This document shows, one piece after another, positions 43,448 through 55,463 of a stretch of 64,000 nt of DNA. Both the position numbers and the translations under genes were made by a program. The first letter of the stretch is position 1, and the number at the start of each line of letters is the position of its first letter. The notes beneath the pieces were generated by a model. The model ran no database searches. It saw only the letters and a program-made list of their open reading frames with translations, and was not told the DNA's origin. Origin of the DNA: an uncultured delta proteobacterium. GTDB taxonomy: Bacteria; Myxococcota_A; Polyangia; Haliangiales; Haliangiaceae. The stretch covers positions 3,040,001 through 3,104,000 of the forward strand of contig CAWKDB010000010.1 of NCBI GenBank assembly GCA_963848295.1. The letters are read 5' to 3'.

Positions 43448-43541
43448 GCCGGTTGTCAAAGTGAACACCGTCCCCACGTATCATCGCGAAAGTGCTCCCC
43501 CGTGAGGCACCGGCCGGTTGTCAAAGTGAACACCGTCCCCA
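43448..43541. repeat. Exact 29-bp direct repeat pair with 36-bp spacer
   Basis: GCCGGTTGTCAAAGTGAACACCGTCCCCA at 43448-43476 and 43513-43541. Confidence 0.95.
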
Positions 43542-45217
43542 TCGTCCTGTTGCTCGTCGCGAGCACCGCGATCGGGCATGCGCAGCCGGCTGCCGACCCG
43601 AAGCCCGATGACGCTGGCTACATCGGCCGCGACGTGACACCGCTCGAGATCGACGACTGCCCGGCGCCGCCCGATCTGTCGAAGGATCGGATCCGCCAGG
43701 TCGCGTCGGAGCACTACCAGCGCGGCGAGGTGCTCTACGCGCAGGGCGACTACCCCGGCGCGGTCGAGGAGCTGGTCTCGGCGTACTGCCTGTCGCCGTA
43801 CTACACCGTGTTGAAAGACATCGGCCAGGCGTACGAGCGCCAGCTCGAGTACGAAAAAGCGATCGGCTACCTGTCGCGCTACGTGTTCGCGATCCCGAAG
43901 ACCGCGCAGCGCGCCTCGGCATGCGAGGTCGATCCGCAGGTCGACGCGCAGAACGTCAAGGCGCGGATCACGCAGCTCGAGCGCTTGACTGCGAAGATCC
44001 TGGTCGATACGTCGCCGCCCCACGCGAAGCTGACGTTGTCAAACGACGCCGGCGTCCATGCGCGCGGCGAGTCGGGCTCGCTGCTCCAGGTTCCTGGCGG
44101 ACGCTACACGCTGACGATCGAGCTCGACGGCTACGTTACCCAGCATCGCGAGATCACCGCGAACATCGGCAAGCCGTACACCTACTTCGAGCGGCTCGAG
44201 CCGCAGACCGGCGAGCTCCGTGTCCAGGTCACGCCGAACGACGCGCGCCTGTTTCTCGACAAGCGCTCGGTCGGCACCGGCCGGATGGACGAGCAATTGC
44301 CGGCCGGGAAGTACTCGCTCGTCGTCGAGCTCGCCGACCACGTGTCCCAGCATCGCGACGTCGTCGTCGTGCCGAACCACACGACCGCGATCGCGGTCGA
44401 GCTCGAGGGCGAGCCGCAGTTCGGCCACCGCCAGTTGTTGGTCTACGGCGGCGTTGCCGGCGCGGTCGCCGGCGGTGCGCTGCTCGGCACGACGAGCGAC
44501 CCCGGCATCATCGCGATCGGGGTCGGCGCTGGCGCCGCCGCGGGCTTGCTCGGCACGTTGTACGGCACGCCGCACGATCTCGCGCTCGGCACCAGCGATC
44601 TCACGATCACGTCGTCGCTGATCGGCGGCGTCGTCGGTGTCGCGGCCGGCGCCCTGTTCACGGACCACACGAACGTGCTCGCTCCGCTCGGCGGCGGCGG
44701 GCTCGTGCTCGGCGCCGGCGTCGGCTACTACATCGCGGATCGGCTGCACACGCGACCCGGTGAAGCCGCGGTCGTCAACAGCGGCGCGTTGTGGGGCACC
44801 GCCGCCGGTGCATTGTTCGTCGCGAGCTTTCAGCCCGACACGCGGATCAGCGCGGGCATCGTGCTCAGCGGCCTCGGCATGGGCACGGTCGGCGGCGTCC
44901 TGCTCGCCCGCTACTTCCGGGTGAGTCGCGCGCACGCGGCGCTGATCGACGTCGGCGGTCTGGTCGGCACGCTCGGCGGCGTCGCGGCCGAGAACCTGAT
45001 CTTTCGCCAGCAGAACCAGACGTCGAGTCAGCAGGTCCAGAACGAGCACACCGCCGACTTCGCGCTCGGCGGCCTCGCGGTCGGCTTGATCCTCGCCGGT
45101 GTGCTGACCCGCGAGCTAGACCTACCCAAGATCGCGGTCACGCCCGCGATCGGCAGCACACCGTCTCCGGATGGCAAGACATCGTCCACGACGTTCGGCG
45201 TGCGTGGCGTGTTCTGA
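43526..45217 (+). CDS. TPR + two PEGA + glycine-zipper membrane protein (start 43502 or 43526)
   Basis: Signal peptide, HYQRGEVLYAQGDYPGA TPR, VDTSPPHA and VTPNDA PEGA starts, GxxxG-rich C-terminus ending GVF. Confidence 0.85.
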   Translation: MNTVPIVLLLVASTAIGHAQPAADPKPDDAGYIGRDVTPLEIDDCPAPPDLSKDRIRQVASEHYQRGEVLYAQGDYPGAVEELVSAYCLSPYYTVLKDIGQAYERQLEYEKAIGYLSRYVFAIPKTAQRASACEVDPQVDAQNVKARITQLERLTAKILVDTSPPHAKLTLSNDAGVHARGESGSLLQVPGGRYTLTIELDGYVTQHREITANIGKPYTYFERLEPQTGELRVQVTPNDARLFLDKRSVGTGRMDEQLPAGKYSLVVELADHVSQHRDVVVVPNHTTAIAVELEGEPQFGHRQLLVYGGVAGAVAGGALLGTTSDPGIIAIGVGAGAAAGLLGTLYGTPHDLALGTSDLTITSSLIGGVVGVAAGALFTDHTNVLAPLGGGGLVLGAGVGYYIADRLHTRPGEAAVVNSGALWGTAAGALFVASFQPDTRISAGIVLSGLGMGTVGGVLLARYFRVSRAHAALIDVGGLVGTLGGVAAENLIFRQQNQTSSQQVQNEHTADFALGGLAVGLILAGVLTRELDLPKIAVTPAIGSTPSPDGKTSSTTFGVRGVF

Positions 45218-45299
45218 GCCACCAGCACTGCCGCATGGAAGTACGGTTGTGATCGATCACAAACTTTACCTCGGTGCGTTCTGCTAGCATGGTCGCACT

Positions 45300-46484
45300 A
45301 TGCGGATAGGGATCGCAGTTGTGTTTGTCGCCGCGCTCGCGAGCGCGTGCGGAAAAGTTAGCCCGGCGACCTGCATCCAGGGCTCCACCGAGTGCGCGAT
45401 GGAGTGCGTCGACCTGATGTCGGACGAGCTCAATTGCGGCGCCTGCGGCAATGCGTGCCCGGATCAGACGATGTGCAGCGCCGGCACCTGTGCGCCGGTC
45501 GCGGCGCAATGTCCGATCGGCTTCAAGACCTGCGCGTCGGGCTGCGCCGATCTCGACAACGACGCCACCAACTGCGGCGCGTGTGACAACACGTGCGACG
45601 GCGACTCGCGCTGCCTCGGCGGAACGTGCGCGGTGAGCAACTGGGAAACGATCCTCATGCAGCCGTCGCAGGGCATCATCGGGTTCTCGAATGCGGTGCC
45701 GGCCGGGTCCGTGCTCGTCTACGCGACGCTCTCGACGACCGACACGTTCGTCGCCTACACGTTCCCGTCGACCGGCCTGCCGAACGGCGCGTTCGCGACG
45801 CTCGCTGCGCCACCGACCGGATTCGGAACCTACGGCACTCCGATCACGACCCCGACCGGCGCGATCTATCTATTCACGGGCAACGCGGTCAACACGTTCG
45901 ATCCGGTCGGCAATTCGTGGTCCGCGCTCCCCGGTGTCACGCTGACCGACACGGTCAACGACTCGCAGGGCGCCTCGGATGACGACGGCAAGCTCTACGA
46001 GTTCGCGACCGACTCGATGGGCGGGAACTTCGTCGCACAGTTCGATCCCGCGACCGGCACGCAGAACTACTTCCCGTGGCCGGGCGATTCCCCGGACGAG
46101 CCGCGCGTCGCGTGGGACTCCAAGTCGAAGCGGGTGTACCTCGGGAGCTACTACGACGACCAGCTGTACTCGCTCGATCCCGCGACCGGCACGTTCACGT
46201 TGCTCGCCCCGCTGCCGGAGGTGACCGGCGGCATGTCGGATGCGTTCTGCACCGACAACCACGGCTTCCTTTACACCGTCGGCGATGCGTGCACCGGCGC
46301 GAACGAGTCTTGGGTCTACAACACCACCACCAATACGTGGAAGGCGTTCACTCCACTGCCGTTCGACCACGGTTGTGACGCGTCGTGCACGGTTACCGGC
46401 GACGGCTACCTTTACTTCTCCGCGTCGGAGACGAACAACAACATCGCGCGCTATCGGCTATTCGCGACGGAAGGGTCGAACTAA
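45300..46484 (+). CDS. Cys-rich repeat lipoprotein with kelch-like propeller, copy 1
   Basis: LASAC lipobox, two CxDLxxDxxNCGAC repeats, propeller with EPRVAWDS and SDAFC. Confidence 0.85.
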   Translation: MRIGIAVVFVAALASACGKVSPATCIQGSTECAMECVDLMSDELNCGACGNACPDQTMCSAGTCAPVAAQCPIGFKTCASGCADLDNDATNCGACDNTCDGDSRCLGGTCAVSNWETILMQPSQGIIGFSNAVPAGSVLVYATLSTTDTFVAYTFPSTGLPNGAFATLAAPPTGFGTYGTPITTPTGAIYLFTGNAVNTFDPVGNSWSALPGVTLTDTVNDSQGASDDDGKLYEFATDSMGGNFVAQFDPATGTQNYFPWPGDSPDEPRVAWDSKSKRVYLGSYYDDQLYSLDPATGTFTLLAPLPEVTGGMSDAFCTDNHGFLYTVGDACTGANESWVYNTTTNTWKAFTPLPFDHGCDASCTVTGDGYLYFSASETNNNIARYRLFATEGSN

Positions 46485-47683
46485 TGAAGGCCGCGATTCA
46501 AGTCTCGATCCTGGCGCTCGCGCTCGCGGCGTGCGGCACCACGGCGACTCCGCCGAGTTGTCTCGGCGGCGCAACGGAGTGTGACAACACCTGCGTCGAC
46601 CTGATGGCGGATCAGGCGAACTGCGGGGCGTGCGGTATGGCGTGCGGAGCAGACACCGTATGCACCGCGGGCGCTTGCGCTCCGGTCGCACAGCTGTGCA
46701 ACCAGGGCGCGATGATGTGCGGCACCGACTGCGTCGATCCGATGGTCGATGTCGCGAACTGCGGCGCGTGTGGCATGGCGTGTACCGCCGACCAGCGTTG
46801 CCTCAGCGGCACGTGCTCCGACGACATCTGGACCGTAACCGAGAGCCACCCCCACGACAGCTACGCCGCGTTCGCCAATACGATCGACGCGAATGCACTT
46901 CTGGTCTATGTGCTCGACCCCGGAGCCGCGGCTGGCACGGGCCTCGAGACGTACACGTTGCCGACGACCGCGACGCCGACCGGGACCTATGCGCAGCTGA
47001 CCGCTCCTCCCCCTGCCGACAACCTCTCGTACTTCGACAATCCGTCGCTGGTCGGCACGACGCTGTACGCCGGGGCCGGCACGACGCTCTACGCGTACGA
47101 CACGACCACGGACACCTGGTCGACCGCCGGGACGCTGCCCGACTCGGTCAGTTCCGCCGAAACCGCGACCGATGGTACCTACGTTTATCTCTGGGCGGGC
47201 GACGGCTACCTCTTGCAGTTCGACCCTGCGACGACGACGACCGCACACTTTCTCGCGCCGCTTGCCACGCCGAGCGAGCCCCGGGTCGCCTGGGACAGTT
47301 CTACCAAGCAGCTCTACCTCGGCAGCTACGGGGGCCTCGCGTTGTGGTCGTTCGATCCCACCACGTCGACATTCAAGACACTCGGGTCGTTGCCGGCGGG
47401 AGCCAGCACGAGCGACGCGTTCTGCAGTGACAACCACGGTCACATCTTCACGACGAACACGTCATGCAGCGCCGACATGGTGGTGTGGATGTACAGCGCC
47501 GGCGCGGACGCGTGGTCGTCGTTCCCCGCGCTGCCCAACGATCACGGCTGTCAGGTGTCATGCACGACAACCGCCGACGGCTGGCTGTTCCTCGAGTCGA
47601 ATCAAGTGACCGTCGCTGCGGTATCCAGCGACGTGCTCGATCAGTATCGCCTCTTCGTTCCCGACGCCGGCGGCTCGAACTAA
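46484..47683 (+). CDS. Cys-rich repeat lipoprotein with kelch-like propeller, copy 2
   Basis: TAATG overlap with copy 1, LAAC lipobox, same NCGAC repeats, EPRVAWDS, SDAFCSDNHG, DHGC. Confidence 0.85.
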   Translation: MKAAIQVSILALALAACGTTATPPSCLGGATECDNTCVDLMADQANCGACGMACGADTVCTAGACAPVAQLCNQGAMMCGTDCVDPMVDVANCGACGMACTADQRCLSGTCSDDIWTVTESHPHDSYAAFANTIDANALLVYVLDPGAAAGTGLETYTLPTTATPTGTYAQLTAPPPADNLSYFDNPSLVGTTLYAGAGTTLYAYDTTTDTWSTAGTLPDSVSSAETATDGTYVYLWAGDGYLLQFDPATTTTAHFLAPLATPSEPRVAWDSSTKQLYLGSYGGLALWSFDPTTSTFKTLGSLPAGASTSDAFCSDNHGHIFTTNTSCSADMVVWMYSAGADAWSSFPALPNDHGCQVSCTTTADGWLFLESNQVTVAAVSSDVLDQYRLFVPDAGGSN

Positions 47684-47712
47684 CTCCTCGCCCGGAGCGC
47701 GAGCGCGAGGCC

Positions 47713-48246
47713 CTACGGGGTCGGCGCCGGCGTGGCCATCGCCTTCTTCATGCACTCGCTCAGCCTTTGCGAGCTGTCCGCAGCCTGTTTGGTCTCCGCT
47801 TCCGAGAGCTTCGGCTGCTCTTCGTACATCATGTCTTTCGACCACGCGGTCATCGCGTCGCTGACCTTCGTCGCGCACGCGGCGTCTTTGCACGCGCACA
47901 TCTGATTCGCAAAGTCGCCGAGCTTCGCGAGCGCCGCGTCCTTGTCCAAGCCGCCGGCGTCGGCCTTCTGCTTCTTGTCGCGGTCACCGAAGTCCATGCA
48001 GGCCGACGTCTTGTCCTCGGTGAGCTCGCCGTCGATCGCGAGCAGGCAATCCACCATCTTGGCCATCTTCGGATCTTTGAGGTCCTCGTGGCACGAGGCG
48101 ATCGACTTGTCCCGCTTTGCCGGATCGGCCTCGTGGTCCTGATCCTTCGAGACCTTCGCCAGCATCTTGTCGTAGAGGCGTTCGCACTTGTCGCCGGCTT
48201 TACAACCGACCGCGAGGACGACTGCCACGAGGAGCTTGACCATCAC
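47713..48246 (-). CDS. Cys-containing helical lipoprotein
   Basis: LAVGC lipobox, MCACKDAACA. Confidence 0.75.
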   Translation of the reverse strand: MMVKLLVAVVLAVGCKAGDKCERLYDKMLAKVSKDQDHEADPAKRDKSIASCHEDLKDPKMAKMVDCLLAIDGELTEDKTSACMDFGDRDKKQKADAGGLDKDAALAKLGDFANQMCACKDAACATKVSDAMTAWSKDMMYEEQPKLSEAETKQAADSSQRLSECMKKAMATPAPTP

Positions 48247-48251
48247 CCAGC

Positions 48252-49736
<1,485 letters not shown>

Positions 49737-49755
49737 GAGCGTGATTATCGCAGCG

Positions 49756-51141
49756 TCAACGAAACAGCGCGAGTGCGCCGACGACACCGATCGCGACCGC
49801 GATCAGGGCTGCTACCGCCAACCACAGCCCGCGCGGCGCCGCCTTCGCCTTCGGCCGGACGACTGGGTGGGCGGCGGATGGGTTCGGGGTCGCGAGCGGG
49901 TAGAGCGTCGGGGGTGGCGGGACCCCAATCGTCGTCTCGGCGTGCCCGACCGCGTTGCCGCGCAGCGCGGGCGACGAGATCGCCGGAGGCTGCGATGGTC
50001 GGTTCGATGGTGCTCGCTCCCGGGCGTCAGCGCTGCCGGATGCGGTCGGGTCCGGCGCCGGGATCGAGACCGGCATCGGCAACGGTACGGGCGGTGCGGT
50101 CGGCATGACCACCGGCGCCGGCCTCGGGGCCAGCATCATCGGCTCGGCGCCGAACCGCGAGGGCGTGATCACCCCGGAAGCTCCCGCACCTTGCGCCGGC
50201 ATCTCGACCGCGGAGATCGCGGGCAACGACGGCCGGGCGCGCCGGATCACGGCGCGGACCGCGGTCAGGGTCGGCCGCTCCGCCGGGTCGCTCGCCATCA
50301 TCGCGACGACGAGCTGGACGAGCTCGGCGGGAACGCCGCCGAGCGCACCGAGCACGCTGTCCGGCGTGCCGCGCTCGTCGGTGTCGAACGAGCCGTCGCT
50401 GTAGCGCCGCGGCCGTTCGCCGGTGAGCAGCTCGTACGACATCACGCCGAGCGCGTAGATATCGGTGTGGTGATCGACCTTCGCGCCGCGCAGCTGCTCG
50501 GGCGACATGTAATCCGGCGTGCCGAGCCGGGTGCCGGTCGCGGTGCGAAACGCGGCAGGTCCGGCCGCAGGCATCAACTTCGCGAGCCCGAAGTCGAGCA
50601 GCCGGACATCGAACCGGCCGGTGTGCGCCACGAGGAACACGTTGTCCGGCTTGAGATCGCGATGGACGAAGCCCTTGTCGTGCGCCGCCGACAACGCCGA
50701 GGCGATCTCGTCGATCACGATCGCCGCCTCGCGCACGTGCAGGGGGCCGCGCTTGACCCGCGTGCGCAGCGACTCGCCATCGAGCAGATCCATGACGAGG
50801 AACTGCCGGCCGTCGGGCAACGTGCCGAACGCGAAGATGTCGACGATGTTCGGGTGGCCGATCTGATTGACCGAGCGCGCCTCGGTGATGAAGCGCTCCA
50901 CCATCGTCGGATCCTTCGACCGCGAAGGGTGCAGCACCTTGATCGCGGCGCGCTTGCCGATCAGCGGGTGCTGGGCGGCGTAGACGACGCCCATGCCGCC
51001 GCGGCCGAGCTCGCCGGTGACCGAGTAACCGCCGACGTCGGTGCCCGGCGCGATCTCCACCGTCTGGATCTCGTCGCTGTCGTCGAAGGTCGGCGGTATC
51101 GCCATCGCCTCGGTCGGTCGCGATTCGTCCCCACTGTCCAC
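49756..51141 (-). CDS. Ser/Thr kinase, tandem paralog of 48252..49736
   Basis: LGRGGMGVVY, HRDLKPDN, DFG, GTPDYMSPE; shares EARSVNxIGHPNIVDIFAFGTLPDGR. Confidence 0.93.
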   Translation of the reverse strand: MDSGDESRPTEAMAIPPTFDDSDEIQTVEIAPGTDVGGYSVTGELGRGGMGVVYAAQHPLIGKRAAIKVLHPSRSKDPTMVERFITEARSVNQIGHPNIVDIFAFGTLPDGRQFLVMDLLDGESLRTRVKRGPLHVREAAIVIDEIASALSAAHDKGFVHRDLKPDNVFLVAHTGRFDVRLLDFGLAKLMPAAGPAAFRTATGTRLGTPDYMSPEQLRGAKVDHHTDIYALGVMSYELLTGERPRRYSDGSFDTDERGTPDSVLGALGGVPAELVQLVVAMMASDPAERPTLTAVRAVIRRARPSLPAISAVEMPAQGAGASGVITPSRFGAEPMMLAPRPAPVVMPTAPPVPLPMPVSIPAPDPTASGSADARERAPSNRPSQPPAISSPALRGNAVGHAETTIGVPPPPTLYPLATPNPSAAHPVVRPKAKAAPRGLWLAVAALIAVAIGVVGALALFR

Positions 51142-51156
51142 TGCCTACATTGTAGG

Positions 51157-52473
51157 TCAAAGCGTATCGAGGAACGCGATCAATGCGTCCCGATCCGCCT
51201 CGGCGGCGTTGCGGAACGCGTCGCTCGCCGGCTGCGCTTCGCCGCCGTGCCAGAGGATCGCTTCTTCGAGCGTGCGAGCGCGCCCGTCGTGCAAGAACGA
51301 ACCGTTCTCGAGCACGACGTTCGTGAGGCCGATGCCCCACAGCGGCAGCGTACGCCACTCGCTGCCGGTCGCCGCGAAGTCCGGGCGGTTGTCGGCCAGG
51401 CCGTCGCCCATGTCGTGAAGTAACAAATCCGTGTAGGGATGGATCGTCTGATGCGCGAGCTCGGCGATCGGCGAATCGCCGGTCACGAGCGTCGGCACGT
51501 GGCAACTCGAGCAGCCGAAGTCGTCGAACCGCTGGCGACCGAGCGTGGCTTGCGCGTCGCGAGGCGCCGCCGCCGGCACGCCGATCGTCGAGACGAAGAA
51601 CGCCATCTGCTCGAGCTGCATGTCGCTGACGTCCGGATCGCTGCCGTCGGTCGGTGGGAACACGCGGTTCGTCAGGCCGATGTCGTTGAGCGCGGCGGCG
51701 GCGGCCTGCAGGTGCAACGTCGACGTGTTCGCTTTCATGCCGAACCGGCCGACGACCGTCGCTTGCTGCTCGTCGTCCCACACCATGTTGACCCGGCCCG
51801 AGATGCCATCGCCATCGGCGTCGTCCGGATCTGCCATCGCCATCAGCGTGTCGTCGTCGACCGCTGCGAGCAGACCCAGGCCGAAGATCGGCGGCGCCTG
51901 GCGATACGACGTCAAGGTGCCGTCGGGCAGCATCGCGCCCATCGGCGTCAGGATCGTCAGCGCCGGCGCGCGCAGCGAGACCGGCGTGCCGTCGCCATAC
52001 GTCGTCGGCATCTCGGTCCACGCTTGCGTCACGACGACCTCGGACAACATGCCGTCGACCGCGTGATCTTGCAGCTGCAAGCCGTAGCCCGGCACCGGCA
52101 CGTCGCCGCCCGGCACCGAGGGCGTTCCGGTCGCGAAGCTGCAGCGCACGAGCGCGTCGGAGACGTACGCGCCTTCCGGCGAGATCAGCGACGGGCCGAT
52201 CTCGGACAAGCCGCGACCGAACGACGAGTGACAGCCGGCGCACGAGTCGTTGTTGTAGAGCGGCCCGAGCTGCATCACCCAGTGAAACGCGAACGGCCCT
52301 TCGCCGGCTTGCCAGGTCGCCGCGTCATCGGACGTCAGGTTCGCGGCGGGATGGGTGAACGCGGTCGCGGTGCGATCGTCGACGGTGGTGTCGCCGCCTT
52401 GGCGCTGCTCGCTCGGAGTGTCGTCGCCGCAGCCGACGAGCGCGATCAAGCCGAACGCGAGCGTGAACCTCAC
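51157..52473 (-). CDS. Di-heme oxidoreductase family (DHOR/DUF1111-like) lipoprotein
   Basis: LVGC lipobox, LGPLYNNDSCAGCH, GRFGMKA, CSSCH, YTDLLLHDMG, LHDGRARTLEEAILWHGGE. Confidence 0.9.
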   Translation of the reverse strand: MRFTLAFGLIALVGCGDDTPSEQRQGGDTTVDDRTATAFTHPAANLTSDDAATWQAGEGPFAFHWVMQLGPLYNNDSCAGCHSSFGRGLSEIGPSLISPEGAYVSDALVRCSFATGTPSVPGGDVPVPGYGLQLQDHAVDGMLSEVVVTQAWTEMPTTYGDGTPVSLRAPALTILTPMGAMLPDGTLTSYRQAPPIFGLGLLAAVDDDTLMAMADPDDADGDGISGRVNMVWDDEQQATVVGRFGMKANTSTLHLQAAAAALNDIGLTNRVFPPTDGSDPDVSDMQLEQMAFFVSTIGVPAAAPRDAQATLGRQRFDDFGCSSCHVPTLVTGDSPIAELAHQTIHPYTDLLLHDMGDGLADNRPDFAATGSEWRTLPLWGIGLTNVVLENGSFLHDGRARTLEEAILWHGGEAQPASDAFRNAAEADRDALIAFLDTL

Positions 52474-52570
52474 GATCCGAGAGTATCAGGGCGCACGACG
52501 GCGAGATCGAACTAACCGCACGGCCATCGCCGGGGCCGGTGCGCCTTTGGGCGAAACGCCACAGCGGCGA

Positions 52571-53833
<1,263 letters not shown>

Positions 53834-53901
53834 CGTGGGGCGTTTGTACCGCGATTGTTCTCCGCGCTTGATCTCCGGCTGGGAGCGGTGGTACATGTGT
53901 C

Positions 53902-53924
53902 TTGAATATGAAAGTTGTTTTCAA
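53902..53924. promoter_or_regulatory. Fur-box-like AT-rich inverted repeat
   Basis: TTGAATATGAAAGTTGTTTTCAA in the divergent intergenic region between lysA and the cytochrome gene. Confidence 0.5.
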
Positions 53925-54029
53925 ATCCATTCGCCGGGCAGACACGACGACCGCGGCCCACCTCGCGACATCGTTCCGCGAGCCGTGGAGCTCGGCCCAC
54001 CTCGCCCTCGCGGACCGCGTCGAGTAGCC

Positions 54030-54548
54030 ATGCGCACCCTGGCATTGTTCGCGGTCGCCTGTGCGCTCGTTGCTTGTGGTCACCACGGCGACGGAGGTAG
54101 CGACAGCGCGGATGTGTTCATCGCGTTCAACACGTCATTCGCGCCGTTCCGCACGTGGACGTCGTTCCACGACGACTACGAAGAGAGCGCGTCGCCCGAC
54201 GTCAACGGCCCGCGCACGCAGTACATCAACCAGCTCCCGCCGAGCGGATCGACCGAGTTTCCGATCGGGACGATCATCGTCGAGGCGCGCGAGAACGCGA
54301 TGATGAAGATCTTCGCCGGCGTGAAGCGCGGCGGCGGGTTCAATCCCGGCGCGTTGAACTGGGAATGGTTCGAGCTGAGCGAGGCCTCCGGCGCGGGAAG
54401 CGAGGTCACGATCACGTGGCGCGGCTACGGTCCGCCGAACGGCGACACCTACGGTGGCGATCCGAACACGTGCAACACCTGCCACACCGATTGCGGCGGA
54501 TCGAACGACTTCGTGTGCTCGCCCGATCTGCAGTTGGCGAGCTTCTGA
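54030..54548 (+). CDS. Cytochrome P460/c'-beta-fold monoheme lipoprotein
   Basis: LVAC lipobox, FPIGTIIVE, GVKR, NWEWF, C-terminal CNTCH, NDFV. Confidence 0.75.
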   Translation: MRTLALFAVACALVACGHHGDGGSDSADVFIAFNTSFAPFRTWTSFHDDYEESASPDVNGPRTQYINQLPPSGSTEFPIGTIIVEARENAMMKIFAGVKRGGGFNPGALNWEWFELSEASGAGSEVTITWRGYGPPNGDTYGGDPNTCNTCHTDCGGSNDFVCSPDLQLASF

Positions 54549-54550
54549 CC

Positions 54551-55354
54551 GTGCGCGCAGTAGTGCTTGGCGTCGCGGCGGTCGCGGTCACCGGCGGCAC
54601 CGCATGGGCGAACCCGATGGCGTTGCCGTTCACCTATACGACCGAGACCCTCGCGCCCGGCGCGGTCGAGATCGAGCAGTTCGTCGACATGACGCCGCTG
54701 CGCGCGGTGGGCCCGTTCAACCTGCGCACGCCGTATCTGGCATCGCAGTTCCAGACCGAGATCGAGATCGGCATCGCGCCTCGGCTCGAGCTCGGCCTCT
54801 ACTTCACCTACGTGCCCGCGCCGTCGGGCGACCTGATGGACACCGCGGTGATGCCCGAGGGCAATGGCATCAAGCAACGCGTTCGCTACACGTTCGCGGA
54901 TCCCGGCTGCTGGCCGATCGACGTCGGCGTCTACGGCGAGCTGACCGAGAACGAGCGCGAGCTCGAGCTCGAGGGCAAGATCTTGCTGCAGCGCCGATTC
55001 GGCAAGCTGCGCGTCGCCGCGAACCTATGGACCGAGTACGAGTTCTACTTCTCCGGCCAACGCGACATCGTGCTGAACCCGACCCTCGGCGCGACCTACG
55101 AGATCACGCCGAGCTTCCACGTCGGCATCGATTCATTCCTCCGCGGCGAATATCCGCGCAACCCACCGCCGCCATCGCGCATCTTCGCGCTCGGCCCCGA
55201 GGCCTACGTCGGCCCGGCCGTCATGTACAACTTCGGCAAGCTGTGGTGGTCCGTCGGCTTCTACGGCCGAGTCACCGACACCGACCACCTCCTCGAGCCC
55301 GGCGAAGTCTACGGCAAGTGGTGGCTGCGCTCGATGATCGGCTACAACCTCTGA
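54551..55354 (+). CDS. Putative outer-membrane beta-barrel protein
   Basis: Signal peptide, alternating amphipathic strands, C-terminal MIGYNL; starts 3 nt after the cytochrome stop. Confidence 0.7.
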   Translation: MRAVVLGVAAVAVTGGTAWANPMALPFTYTTETLAPGAVEIEQFVDMTPLRAVGPFNLRTPYLASQFQTEIEIGIAPRLELGLYFTYVPAPSGDLMDTAVMPEGNGIKQRVRYTFADPGCWPIDVGVYGELTENERELELEGKILLQRRFGKLRVAANLWTEYEFYFSGQRDIVLNPTLGATYEITPSFHVGIDSFLRGEYPRNPPPPSRIFALGPEAYVGPAVMYNFGKLWWSVGFYGRVTDTDHLLEPGEVYGKWWLRSMIGYNL

Positions 55355-55463
55355 GGGGACGCTGTCTCTTTTGTCAACCAGACCCTCTCGGCCAACCCTC
55401 GATGATCATTGTGAATGAGTTGGTGACGCTGTCTCTATTGTCACTTTACAAGTGAGCGTCACC
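55355..55463. repeat. REP-like doublet plus inverted half copy
   Basis: GGGGACGCTGTCTCTTTTGTCA at 55355, GGTGACGCTGTCTCTATTGTCA at 55422, inverted AGCGTCACC ending at 55463. Confidence 0.8.

Noticed and set aside
43448..43541. CRISPR array (29-bp repeat, 36-bp spacer)
   Set aside because: Only two repeats, no cas genes or leader in the window, and a related doublet at 55355 points to a dispersed repeat.
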